NCBI GenBank assembly: GCA_963737155.1 | Contig: CAVTRN010000001.1 | Span: 960,001-1,024,000, forward strand | From: Nitrospirota bacterium | Lineage (GTDB): Bacteria > Nitrospirota > UBA9217 | Direction: 5' to 3' | DNA: 64,000 nt | In this document: positions 32,818-40,954 of the stretch, piece after piece | Numbering within the stretch: the first letter of the stretch is position 1 | Layout: every line of letters starts with the position of its first letter | Notes under the pieces: generated by a model | The model's input: only the letters and a program-made list of their open reading frames with translations | Told to the model about the DNA's origin: nothing | The model's database searches: none | Translations under genes and position numbers: made by a program

Positions 32818-33270
32818 ATGGAAACAAGCCGTAGGAAATTCATCAAAAAGTCTTTCTACGGCTTGCTTGCGCTCATGGGTCTTGGCTATTTGATACCTGG
32901 CGTCAAGGTACTCACTCCGGCAGAGGACTACAAGAAGGAGCTGGTTTACTTCCCGCTTATCTCTGAAGACGACATTCCGCTTGCCGGTGTGAAAAAAGTG
33001 GAGTTGCTCTTCACGGTCTTGGGTAAGGAAAGAAAATCCCGGGTGTTCATCGTATCAAATGCCGGCGGTATCGCGGTGTTCTCTGCCATCTGTTCTCACC
33101 TCGGATGTCTCGTCAATTACTACAAGGACAAGCATGAGTTCATCTGCCCCTGCCACGGAGGAAGATATGATCTGGCGGGCAAAAATATTGCTGGACCGCC
33201 ACCGGCGCCCCTGACTAAGCTCCCGACCCGCAGTCAGGACGGCATGATACTAGTTGGAGTGAAAGTTTAA
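32818..33270 (+). CDS. Rieske 2Fe-2S subunit of a Rieske/cytochrome b complex
   Basis: Tat motif SRRKFIK plus TM; CSHLGC and CPCHGG boxes; GPPPAPL. Confidence 0.93.
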   Translation: METSRRKFIKKSFYGLLALMGLGYLIPGVKVLTPAEDYKKELVYFPLISEDDIPLAGVKKVELLFTVLGKERKSRVFIVSNAGGIAVFSAICSHLGCLVNYYKDKHEFICPCHGGRYDLAGKNIAGPPPAPLTKLPTRSQDGMILVGVKV

Positions 33271-33297
33271 TCATGACCGATATCCTCACGGGTGAGG

Positions 33298-33663
33298 ATG
33301 CGAAATCGCCGGGATAAACCGGTATAGAGTTGGGAGTGAAAGTCCCCTGCATGAGAGGATTATCTAATCCGTGATGGCCCCGAGTCATGCGCGGGCAGTC
33401 GTGAGATTGTACGTGAAGCGTTGACAGAGAAGCGTAGTCCAGCCATTTAGCTCCGAAATCACCTAGACCGGGGGTGCCACTGCGTCATCCATCGGGAACC
33501 ATCATACTACAACATTTAGCGTTTTTTGAAGGATACGCAAAGCAGAAGGCATGAAGGAACTCAAACCATAGGCTTTACGTGGATGACCTAAGGTAAGAGC
33601 CGTGAAAGTAATTCTTCTCGCACGGATCCGTGTGGGGGGCATCTGGGATGTCCCTACCTCGAT
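33298..33663 (+). mobile_element. ORF-less, internally deleted group II intron remnant
   Basis: 5' (A)TGCG start, GTGAAAGTCCC and GGCCCCGAGTCATGCG...GAAGCGTTGACAG domain I-like motifs; domain V/VI-like GAGCCGTG...CGCACGGATCCGTGTGGGGGGC...CCCTACCTCGAT. Confidence 0.8.
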
Positions 33664-33763
33664 CTATATGGTAGGTTCGGGGATTTAATGGTAACCATAG
33701 GTATCACCTGCCAAGTTCGGGAGTGCGACTATTCCCGCTGTTTGCAATCATTGTCATCAACCT

Positions 33764-34408
33764 ATGCGAGTTTTTGATTATCTCAATACACGTCTGGGTT
33801 TCACCACCAGACACCGAAGAGTGATGGATAAACCGGTGCCGGGATGGATTAACTATTTTTACTGCTTCGGCGGAATAACCTTCACGCTGTTTCTTGTGCA
33901 GCTACTAACAGGACTGCTTCTCTCCGTGAATTACACGCCATCTGAAGCGGAGGCATACCATAGCATTCAGCGCCTGCAGCAGACCGTGCCGCTGGGACAG
34001 CTGCTTCGTGCGACCCATTACTGGGCCGCGAACTTCATGGTAATGATGATCCTGCTCCATATGCTCAGGGTTTTCCTTACCGGATCTTACAAAAACCCGC
34101 GGGAACTGAACTGGGTCGCCGGCACTCTGCTGTTTGTCTTGACCCTCGCTTTCGGGTTTACCGGCTACCTTCTACCTTGGGACCAGAAGGCATATTGGGC
34201 CACCGTCATCGGAACGAATATGCTTGCCTCAGTGCCGTTCATCGGGCCTCCTCTCGCCGCATTCGTCCGGGGAGGCACTGACGTTTCGGGTCAGACACTT
34301 CTCCGGTTTTACAGCATGCACATCCTGTGGTTCCCACTTTTTACTGGGCTTTTCCTTTGGGTGCACTTCCATATATTAAGAAGGATCGGGATTTCTGGGC
34401 GGTTGTAG
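33764..34408 (+). CDS. cytochrome b6-like N-terminal cytochrome b subunit
   Basis: YCFGG (heme ci Cys position), RATHYW, LHMLRVF, PRELNW, GYLLPWDQ, H...H in helix D; 214 aa. Confidence 0.93.
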   Translation: MRVFDYLNTRLGFTTRHRRVMDKPVPGWINYFYCFGGITFTLFLVQLLTGLLLSVNYTPSEAEAYHSIQRLQQTVPLGQLLRATHYWAANFMVMMILLHMLRVFLTGSYKNPRELNWVAGTLLFVLTLAFGFTGYLLPWDQKAYWATVIGTNMLASVPFIGPPLAAFVRGGTDVSGQTLLRFYSMHILWFPLFTGLFLWVHFHILRRIGISGRL

Positions 34409-34483
34409 GGATGATAGATAAAAGACACTAAGCATGCGAACGCTTTATTGTTCGTGTGGCGAACGATTATTTGGAACCAAAAT

Positions 34484-34867
34484 ATGCCCACACATCAGGA
34501 AAACAAATTTTTCCCCTACTATTTGTTTGAAATTTTTCTCGTGGCGCTGTTTACCGGCGAGGTCGTCCTGATCTTTGCGGTCTTGTTCCCTCCGAGTGTC
34601 GGTAGGGAGATAGATCTCATGGCGCAGTATAGCCCGCGCCCCGAATGGTATTTTCTCTTCCTGTATCAACTGACGAAATATTTCCCCGGCAGATGGACTT
34701 TTGTTGGCGCGGTACTGCTTCCTGGATTTGCCTTCAGTGTTCTGCTTCTTGCTCCGTTTCTGGATAGCGGGTCGGAAACAACGCTCAAAAGGCGAAAAGC
34801 TACATTAGCTGTTGGCTTCACCATCCTGGGTGCGGTTATTCTTCTTACGATTCTGGCACTGCTATAA
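34484..34867 (+). CDS. cytochrome b C-terminal subunit (subunit IV-like)
   Basis: FFPYY, PEWY Qo-site motif, PFLD; three TM helices; no CxxCH. Confidence 0.9.
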   Translation: MPTHQENKFFPYYLFEIFLVALFTGEVVLIFAVLFPPSVGREIDLMAQYSPRPEWYFLFLYQLTKYFPGRWTFVGAVLLPGFAFSVLLLAPFLDSGSETTLKRRKATLAVGFTILGAVILLTILALL

Positions 34868-34944
34868 GGAAATTCATGTTGGCTATAATATAAGCAAATA
34901 CATTATTGCGTTGTTTCTAATGTGTGAAATGACGAAAACGAGTA

Positions 34945-34973
34945 TTGACAGGATACGGCGTTTTTGATAAGTT
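34945..34973 (+). promoter_or_regulatory. sigma70 promoter of tusA-yeeE
   Basis: TTGACA-17 nt-TAAGTT with TG extension; ~190-nt leader. Confidence 0.5.
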
Positions 34974-35172
34974 ATCATTCTGTCTTATGGAAAGCACTCG
35001 GACCCATGATTGCATTCGTTTCATCAAGAGTGAAACGGTAGCAGAGGGGGTGATGTTCCGGATCAAAACACATAAAAAATGATTTAAGAAATCTTTTGTC
35101 TCCAGCATGTTTGTTAACGAGCTGCTTACCATGAGCGGCCCGAAATCATGAACTACCTTAAGGAGGAATACC

Positions 35173-35421
35173 ATGTCAGTCAAAACCGCCTCACCAGATC
35201 AAACTTTGGATACTCTTGGGAGGGTGTGTCCCTATCCGCTGCTCCTCACCAAGAAGGCGCTCGAGAAACTCGGAAGCGGTCAGACGCTTAAGGTTTTGTG
35301 CGACGCACCTGCATCGGCCGAGGACAGCATTCCGCGTTATGCGGAAAAGCAGGGATATGGCTTCGAGGCAGTAAAGCTCGATGATAAGGGATACTGGGAG
35401 CTCTTCATCAAGAAGTCGTAA
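35173..35421 (+). CDS. TusA/YeeD-family sulfur carrier
   Basis: LDTLGRVCPYP motif, 82 aa; AGGAGG RBS. Confidence 0.93.
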   Translation: MSVKTASPDQTLDTLGRVCPYPLLLTKKALEKLGSGQTLKVLCDAPASAEDSIPRYAEKQGYGFEAVKLDDKGYWELFIKKS

Positions 35422-35503
35422 AGAAGTGGGAATTCCGGGGCGGAGACTGCGAGCCTCGATGTCGAGGGAACAGAAGGAGTAAAAATCCAAGGAGGGGGGA
35501 ATA

Positions 35504-36610
35504 ATGGTTTCTACATTGGCATTTGTCGTGAGCGGTCTGTTCGTTGGCGCAGCATTCGGTTTCGTTTTGCAGCGTGGCCGCTTCTGTGTCAATTCTGCGT
35601 TCCGGGAAGTTCTCTTCGAGGACTACACCATGTTCCGGGCCTACCTTCTCGCCGTCGTGGTTACCATGATTGGCGCGAACTTGCTTGAGGACATGCACTG
35701 GCTTGGCCATTTTCAAGACGGAGCCTTCGTCACCGGTACTCTCTACCGGCAGGCCTTTGCACCCTGGGCCAATATAATCGGAGGCTATATCTTTGGTATG
35801 GGCATTGTTCTCGCCGGCGGGTGCGGAAGCGGTATTCTGTACCGCGTGGGTGAAGGAAACCTGGCGTACGTCTTCGCCGTATTCGGGTTTTTCTTCGGCA
35901 TTGCGATGACCAAATTCGGCTTCCTGAAATCGATTTACAATTGGACGATCGCACCTGAACGTATTGTTTGGACGGGTGGGGATACGGTCCCGACCCTGTA
36001 TAATATTACTGGCATCAATAAGTGGATCGTCATTGCCGTGATTTCCGCAGTGTTCCTGGTGGCAACATTCAAGGGCAGCAAACCCTTCGTCAAGGCGAAG
36101 AAGGGATATTCATGGTCTCTAGCCGGACTCCTAGCCGGTCTGATAGCCGTATTAGCGTGGTGGGCGTCGGAGTATTACGGTGGTAAGGCCCGCGGCCTCT
36201 CATTCACCGGGCCGCTCAGGGAGTTCTTCCTGGCTGTGTTTTTCGGGGACTATCAGAACAATCCGACTGCCGTTAACCCGATAGAATCCCGGAATATCCT
36301 CGGCATGATTTTTTCGTGGAGCTCGCTTTACGTGCTGGCCGTGCCCCTCGGGGCGTTCATCAGCGGTAAACTCCTGAAAGAGGTGAAGTTGAAGGTACCA
36401 CCGGCGGACGAGCTCTTCAAGGTGCTTCTGGGCGGGTTTATCATGGGGGTTGGCGCGCAGATGGGCGGAGGCTGCAATATTGGTCACAGCCTGACAGGCG
36501 TGTCCACCCTTGCCGTATCGAGCTGGGTTGCCACCATCTTCATCATCTTAGGAAACTGGACCATGGTCTATTTCATTCTCATCAGGCCGATGAGAGATCT
36601 GGACGTATAA
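35504..36610 (+). CDS. YeeE/YedE-family thiosulfate/sulfur-compound transporter
   Basis: QRGRFC, LAGGCGSG and GGGCNIGH (three conserved Cys loops); multiple TM helices. Confidence 0.93.
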   Translation: MVSTLAFVVSGLFVGAAFGFVLQRGRFCVNSAFREVLFEDYTMFRAYLLAVVVTMIGANLLEDMHWLGHFQDGAFVTGTLYRQAFAPWANIIGGYIFGMGIVLAGGCGSGILYRVGEGNLAYVFAVFGFFFGIAMTKFGFLKSIYNWTIAPERIVWTGGDTVPTLYNITGINKWIVIAVISAVFLVATFKGSKPFVKAKKGYSWSLAGLLAGLIAVLAWWASEYYGGKARGLSFTGPLREFFLAVFFGDYQNNPTAVNPIESRNILGMIFSWSSLYVLAVPLGAFISGKLLKEVKLKVPPADELFKVLLGGFIMGVGAQMGGGCNIGHSLTGVSTLAVSSWVATIFIILGNWTMVYFILIRPMRDLDV

Positions 36611-36625
36611 ACGCTACTTCATCAG

Positions 36626-36655
36626 ACCGGGTGGGATTTCCTGCCCGGTTTTTTT
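36626..36655 (+). terminator. intrinsic terminator after yeeE
   Basis: ACCGGGTGGGA-TT-TCCTGCCCGGT followed by a T run. Confidence 0.75.
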
Positions 36656-36768
36656 GCCCCCAGAATAAAAATAAAACACTTGTTATAATATTGAGAACGA
36701 TGTATATTGATCTGTCTGTTTCCGGCGGGACAGCGCTATATGCTTATTATGACGAAGGGAGCTAAAAT

Positions 36769-37074
36769 ATGGCAATTGAAATGCTGGGCATCATGATAAC
36801 GAGGCACGAGAATCTTGGCCATATCACCGGTATCGTGAAGGCAGCGCGCGCGGCGGGCAAGTCCGTCATGATCTTCATGACTGATGAAGGCGTGCGCTTC
36901 ACGAAAGACGCCAAATTTCTCGATCTGCTGAAGATGGACGGTGTCGAAATATCCTGTTGCGAACACAGCTGTGAGCAAATCGGGTTGCATGAAAAAACCG
37001 ACAGCATGTCGTACGGCAGCCAGTACAATAACGCGGGCATGCTGCATGACAGCAGCCGCATTCTGGTGTTTTAA
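36769..37074 (+). CDS. DsrE-family sulfurtransferase
   Basis: VMIFMTDEGV, CCEHSC (conserved Cys), C-terminal SSRILVF. Confidence 0.85.
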   Translation: MAIEMLGIMITRHENLGHITGIVKAARAAGKSVMIFMTDEGVRFTKDAKFLDLLKMDGVEISCCEHSCEQIGLHEKTDSMSYGSQYNNAGMLHDSSRILVF

Positions 37075-37101
37075 CAATCAGAACACAAGGAGAAACATTC
37101 C

Positions 37102-37380
37102 ATGGGAGATACAAAAAAAATTGCAGTCATTGTGAGGGAGCGGCAAGGCGAAGCGTTACGTGTTGCGGGCGGCCTTACGCTGGCCGATGACACGATAGAT
37201 GTCTTTATCCTTGACCGCAAACTTGAAACGCAAACCCCCGAAGTTGCACAGCCGCTTGAACTGGTCAACGAGTTGGATCTGAAAGTTTATTCCAATAATT
37301 CGGAAAATGGCTGTACGACAATCACGCTTGAGGGAATGGCAAATAAACTCCTGGAGTATGATTTCGTAGTGCCCTACTAA
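37102..37380 (+). CDS. DsrF-like small protein
   Basis: EALRVAGGLTL and YDFVVPY end; size and position after dsrE. Confidence 0.65.
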   Translation: MGDTKKIAVIVRERQGEALRVAGGLTLADDTIDVFILDRKLETQTPEVAQPLELVNELDLKVYSNNSENGCTTITLEGMANKLLEYDFVVPY

Positions 37381-37399
37381 GAGACGGAAGGAGAGCGCC

Positions 37400-37570
37400 G
37401 TGAAAATTTTGCACATCCTAAAAAAAATGCCGGATGCCAGCACAAAGAAGATCATTGAGCTTCAAGCATCGGGCAACCAGGTAACAACGATAGAGCTCTA
37501 TAAGGGTGGCATATCCTACGACAAACTTGTAGCCGATGTGTTCGCACATGATAAGGTTTTCTGCTGGTAA
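37400..37570 (+). CDS. DsrH-like 56-aa protein (below ORF-track cutoff)
   Basis: AAGGAG RBS and GTG; MKILHILKK...ISYDKLVADVFAHDKVFCW*, resembling the DsrH/TusB C-terminus. Confidence 0.7.
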   Translation: MKILHILKKMPDASTKKIIELQASGNQVTTIELYKGGISYDKLVADVFAHDKVFCW

Positions 37571-38297
37571 GGGATATCTATTTTGCAGTCCTGGGAGGGG
37601 ATTGCGATAGGGATTGATGTGCGGGGGAAAAAGAACGCCGTCCTACTGCTTTACGCGGCTAAAATATGACGATGCTTTCCTTTTGAAAAAGCGCAATTCA
37701 AGGGAACTGCATGTCTTCCGTTGAGCTTAATGCGAACGTATTATAGAGATATGACGCTGCAAAATGGCGCGTCTTGTATCTCATGTCGAGACAACGAGGA
37801 TCTGGTCCGGATTTATTTCACCGAGTGCAGCATCGCCCGCCAACCGTCATATATAAGGACATTTCACAACATTCTTGACTATGGCAATTTCGAAAAAGCA
37901 ATCTACGTCGATGTAATCAGAGCACGTGCAAAATCTCAAAATATTTCGGGCGTAGATGCAAGTATGGGTGCTATCAGAAAAAGCGTCAGGCATATGCAGA
38001 TCTTTTAACAGGAATACTGGCTTCAGGAGTTATCGGCAAATACTTAAGTACGTATTGCTCTTTAAGAGGAATTTTCAGGGTGGAGTGCAGAACAGGAAAA
38101 GGACCTATGGTCATTCTCTAAAATAGGGCACCCTTCAGCAGGTGTTGGCAAATGAGCCGGGCTCATCAAAGGAACAAGGGGCACAGCAGTCAGGCGGAGA
38201 GCAAGAATTAACTTGCGGTCTGTACCTACAACCGTGGAGAATCTTCTATACCAACCTGCAATGATTCGCGCAGAAAACTTGCCTTGAAAACTTAGAT

Positions 38298-38936
38298 TTA
38301 AAATTCAAACAGTAATCCCCCCAAATATGTCGTGCCGCCGAGATTGGTGGATGCCACCACTGCATGGATGTACTCTGCCTCGACAAAGAGATAGGTGTGG
38401 AATATGCCGGAATCCATGTACATGTCGTTTGCCGACTGGGGATCAAGGGCGTCCAGGAGAAACTGAAGACCTCCCCGAGCATGATATCCGTTGGCAGCAC
38501 CCTTGACCGAGCCCTGGTCCTCGACTTTTTCCCGGTAGAACATTTTTGTGTAACCGCCTCCCACATAGGGGACGATCCATTGCTGCTCGTTCACGACGCC
38601 GCGGAACAGGATGAAGACATTGGCGGGATAGAGGTCATATGTCACAGATCCTGCCGCTATATTATGCATCGGCGCCAATGCCTGGCCATGACTTGAGAGA
38701 TAACCGCCTTCCACGCCTATCTCGACCTGCCTGATGATCTTGTATGCCAAAGACATCGAGTATTCATCTATATCCCGTTTGCTGTAGTACTGTGAAAAGT
38801 TCGGCAGGGCCGGCGTAAAAACTCCGCCCTTCATCTCGAATGACCAGTAGGGACGAGCCTGATCCGAATCCGAGTCTTCGGCATGTGCAAGGGCCGGCAT
38901 GACGACAAGGAGCAGCAACAGAATAAGCTTTTTCAA
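38298..38936 (-). CDS. outer-membrane beta-barrel protein (MXAN_2562-like)
   Basis: TTG start overlapping upstream stop; signal peptide; VPYVGGG, LDALDP...D.GI.HTYLFVE; terminal GLLFEF. Confidence 0.75.
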   Translation of the reverse strand: MKKLILLLLLVVMPALAHAEDSDSDQARPYWSFEMKGGVFTPALPNFSQYYSKRDIDEYSMSLAYKIIRQVEIGVEGGYLSSHGQALAPMHNIAAGSVTYDLYPANVFILFRGVVNEQQWIVPYVGGGYTKMFYREKVEDQGSVKGAANGYHARGGLQFLLDALDPQSANDMYMDSGIFHTYLFVEAEYIHAVVASTNLGGTTYLGGLLFEF

Positions 38937-40780
38937 CGGAGGCCTCCCGATCGCGATAGTCGTCGCCGATGGAATGCGTAGAGGATGAAGCACAGCATGA
39001 GCATCATCAATGCGATCTTAAGCGCCTGCGAGGTCTGCGTCATGAAGAGCGCCATGCCGATTACCGGCAGAAGCGCGGCTCGTACCAGCGGCTTGTACTG
39101 CGGGTTTTCATTAAGCCAGGCAGCAGCGGCAGGACTGTGAGTGTAATACCAGTCGACGAATACATTTCCAAGCGTGTTGGTTTGCAAGAACCGGTCTCGG
39201 AAATTTCGCAAAACCTGCACCTGGGGGGCGGAATAAAACCCGTAGGCGGCCGTGGCTATGAAACATCCCTGGCTTGAGTTCGGAAGGTCCGGATAGGGAA
39301 CCAGAGCCTCGGGAAAATTCGATAACATGTTCGACGGAGCGCTCTCCATAGTAGCTCCGCTTCCGGCGGTAACTTCCGATGAGTAGTCGCTTTCGTAGGA
39401 AACGCCGGGAGAATCAGAAGACGTGCTCGTATTGTCGATTGCCGTGACGGCAATATAGTTAAGTGCCTGGGATACGGCGGTTACGTAAATATGATATGTC
39501 TGGTCATTCACGAGCCCTGTGAGCGTGTAGCTGGTGACATTACCGACCGAGATGGAGGCAGTTGGCGTTGATGTCAGTCCATAGTATACGTTGTATCCTG
39601 TGGCTCCGGAAGCGGCGGTCCAGTTAAGGATGAGAGCTCCATTCACGGGAGCTGTGGAAAGCAGCGTCGGTGTCGACGGGGTGACGGCTGTAGCCAGACC
39701 GTCCAAGGTGAATGTTGTTGCGGCAGTGCCTGTCGTCAATGTTATGGGAGAAGGGCCTTCGGTTGCTTCTGTTCCGTCGTATACCCCCGGAGAGCTTCCA
39801 TAATAAACCCGGTAGCCTACGACCGTATAAGCATTATTCGCGTTCCAGCTCAGGTTGATCGTCGTTCCTGAGGTCACCGCGCTAACACCCTGTACTGAGA
39901 ATGGAATTGTATCCGCGTTTGGGCCGCCGTAGACCCCCATGTCCGCAGGTGTGTTGTTGACAGAATTCAACCCTACCGACGTATTTCCTGTGCCAATGCA
40001 AGGGGACCCTGCTTCCAAATGAAAGTCTCTTTGCATCACGTTGGCTGGTGAGATATTGACAAAGGTGGGGTCCTCGTCCTCAAGATTTCCCTCATAAACC
40101 GTAGTATCGGCGGGATCGAATGAGATTGTCGTAGGGCCGATACTGTTGCAGTCAAAAAAAAGGTCATTTAAAATGTACGTTATGTCTGTACCCGCGCTGA
40201 TGGCAGTATTAAGCTGTGATGAAAATATATTATTTTTGATATTCTCCAGCGGTTGATCAGTGACGATGCCATACTTGGTTTGGTAGAAAGTATTATTACT
40301 TATGATTGCATTTGGTGATGAACTTAACTGGAGTGCCGTATTGCTGGGCCCTACATCAAATATGTCGTTGGTTATTGTAACCGACGGAGAGTTTTGCACT
40401 AGCATACCTGTTGCAGCATTCACAAAAGAAAGTCTTTGAATGGAAATGCTGCCCGCAACGTTGATGGTTAGGGCTGCACCCGACCCGCCGCCGGAGATAA
40501 ACGTTGTTGCCGTTTCATTGCCGTAAATTGACGTTATGTTTTGAGTTATCGAGAAATTTCCAGTATACGTGCCAGGATAGAGCTGGATGGCATCGCCTGA
40601 CAAAGCGGCGTTTATGGCATTGGTTAAATTTGTATAGCAGGGATAATTGACCGTGTCTGATGGGCACTGAGCGGTATTTGTCACAGCAACACGTGTGACG
40701 GCGGCAACAGGTTTTGGCGCGATTGCAACAAAAAATACGAGGACTAAAGTGAGGAAGAACGCAGCATGTTTTCCCGGCAT
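38933..40780 (-). CDS. exported beta-helix plus fibronectin type III protein with C-terminal CFI-box sorting domain
   Basis: Signal peptide, parallel beta-helix repeats, DFHL..GSPCI, LSW...GYRVYYG and LNW...GYNVYYG, GCFIATAAYG...LRNFRDRFL, TM and RRR tail. Confidence 0.8.
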   Translation of the reverse strand: MPGKHAAFFLTLVLVFFVAIAPKPVAAVTRVAVTNTAQCPSDTVNYPCYTNLTNAINAALSGDAIQLYPGTYTGNFSITQNITSIYGNETATTFISGGGSGAALTINVAGSISIQRLSFVNAATGMLVQNSPSVTITNDIFDVGPSNTALQLSSSPNAIISNNTFYQTKYGIVTDQPLENIKNNIFSSQLNTAISAGTDITYILNDLFFDCNSIGPTTISFDPADTTVYEGNLEDEDPTFVNISPANVMQRDFHLEAGSPCIGTGNTSVGLNSVNNTPADMGVYGGPNADTIPFSVQGVSAVTSGTTINLSWNANNAYTVVGYRVYYGSSPGVYDGTEATEGPSPITLTTGTAATTFTLDGLATAVTPSTPTLLSTAPVNGALILNWTAASGATGYNVYYGLTSTPTASISVGNVTSYTLTGLVNDQTYHIYVTAVSQALNYIAVTAIDNTSTSSDSPGVSYESDYSSEVTAGSGATMESAPSNMLSNFPEALVPYPDLPNSSQGCFIATAAYGFYSAPQVQVLRNFRDRFLQTNTLGNVFVDWYYTHSPAAAAWLNENPQYKPLVRAALLPVIGMALFMTQTSQALKIALMMLMLCFILYAFHRRRLSRSGGLR

Positions 40781-40954
40781 ATTGAAGCCTCCGTGGGCAA
40801 TGTTGAAAATACCTCAATATGACGTCAATGTCAAATGAAAAGGTTGAAAACGCTCTACCCTTTGCATACCGGATCGACATCGTATTCTCGTTATCTTGAC
40901 AACGAGCCCGACGGGACATACACTCTAATTAGGCAAGAGGTGAAGGAGGATTGC

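Noticed and set aside
35018-35060. SAM-I riboswitch suggested by ATCAAGAG...GAGGG
   Set aside because: The downstream GCAACC and GTGC core elements and a P1 partner are not present
35173-37570. Selenocysteine in TusA, YeeE or DsrE
   Set aside because: All active-site positions are Cys codons; no in-frame TGA seen
37600-38250. ORF 37721-38008 and surrounding DNA
   Set aside because: No recognisable family or convincing start signals
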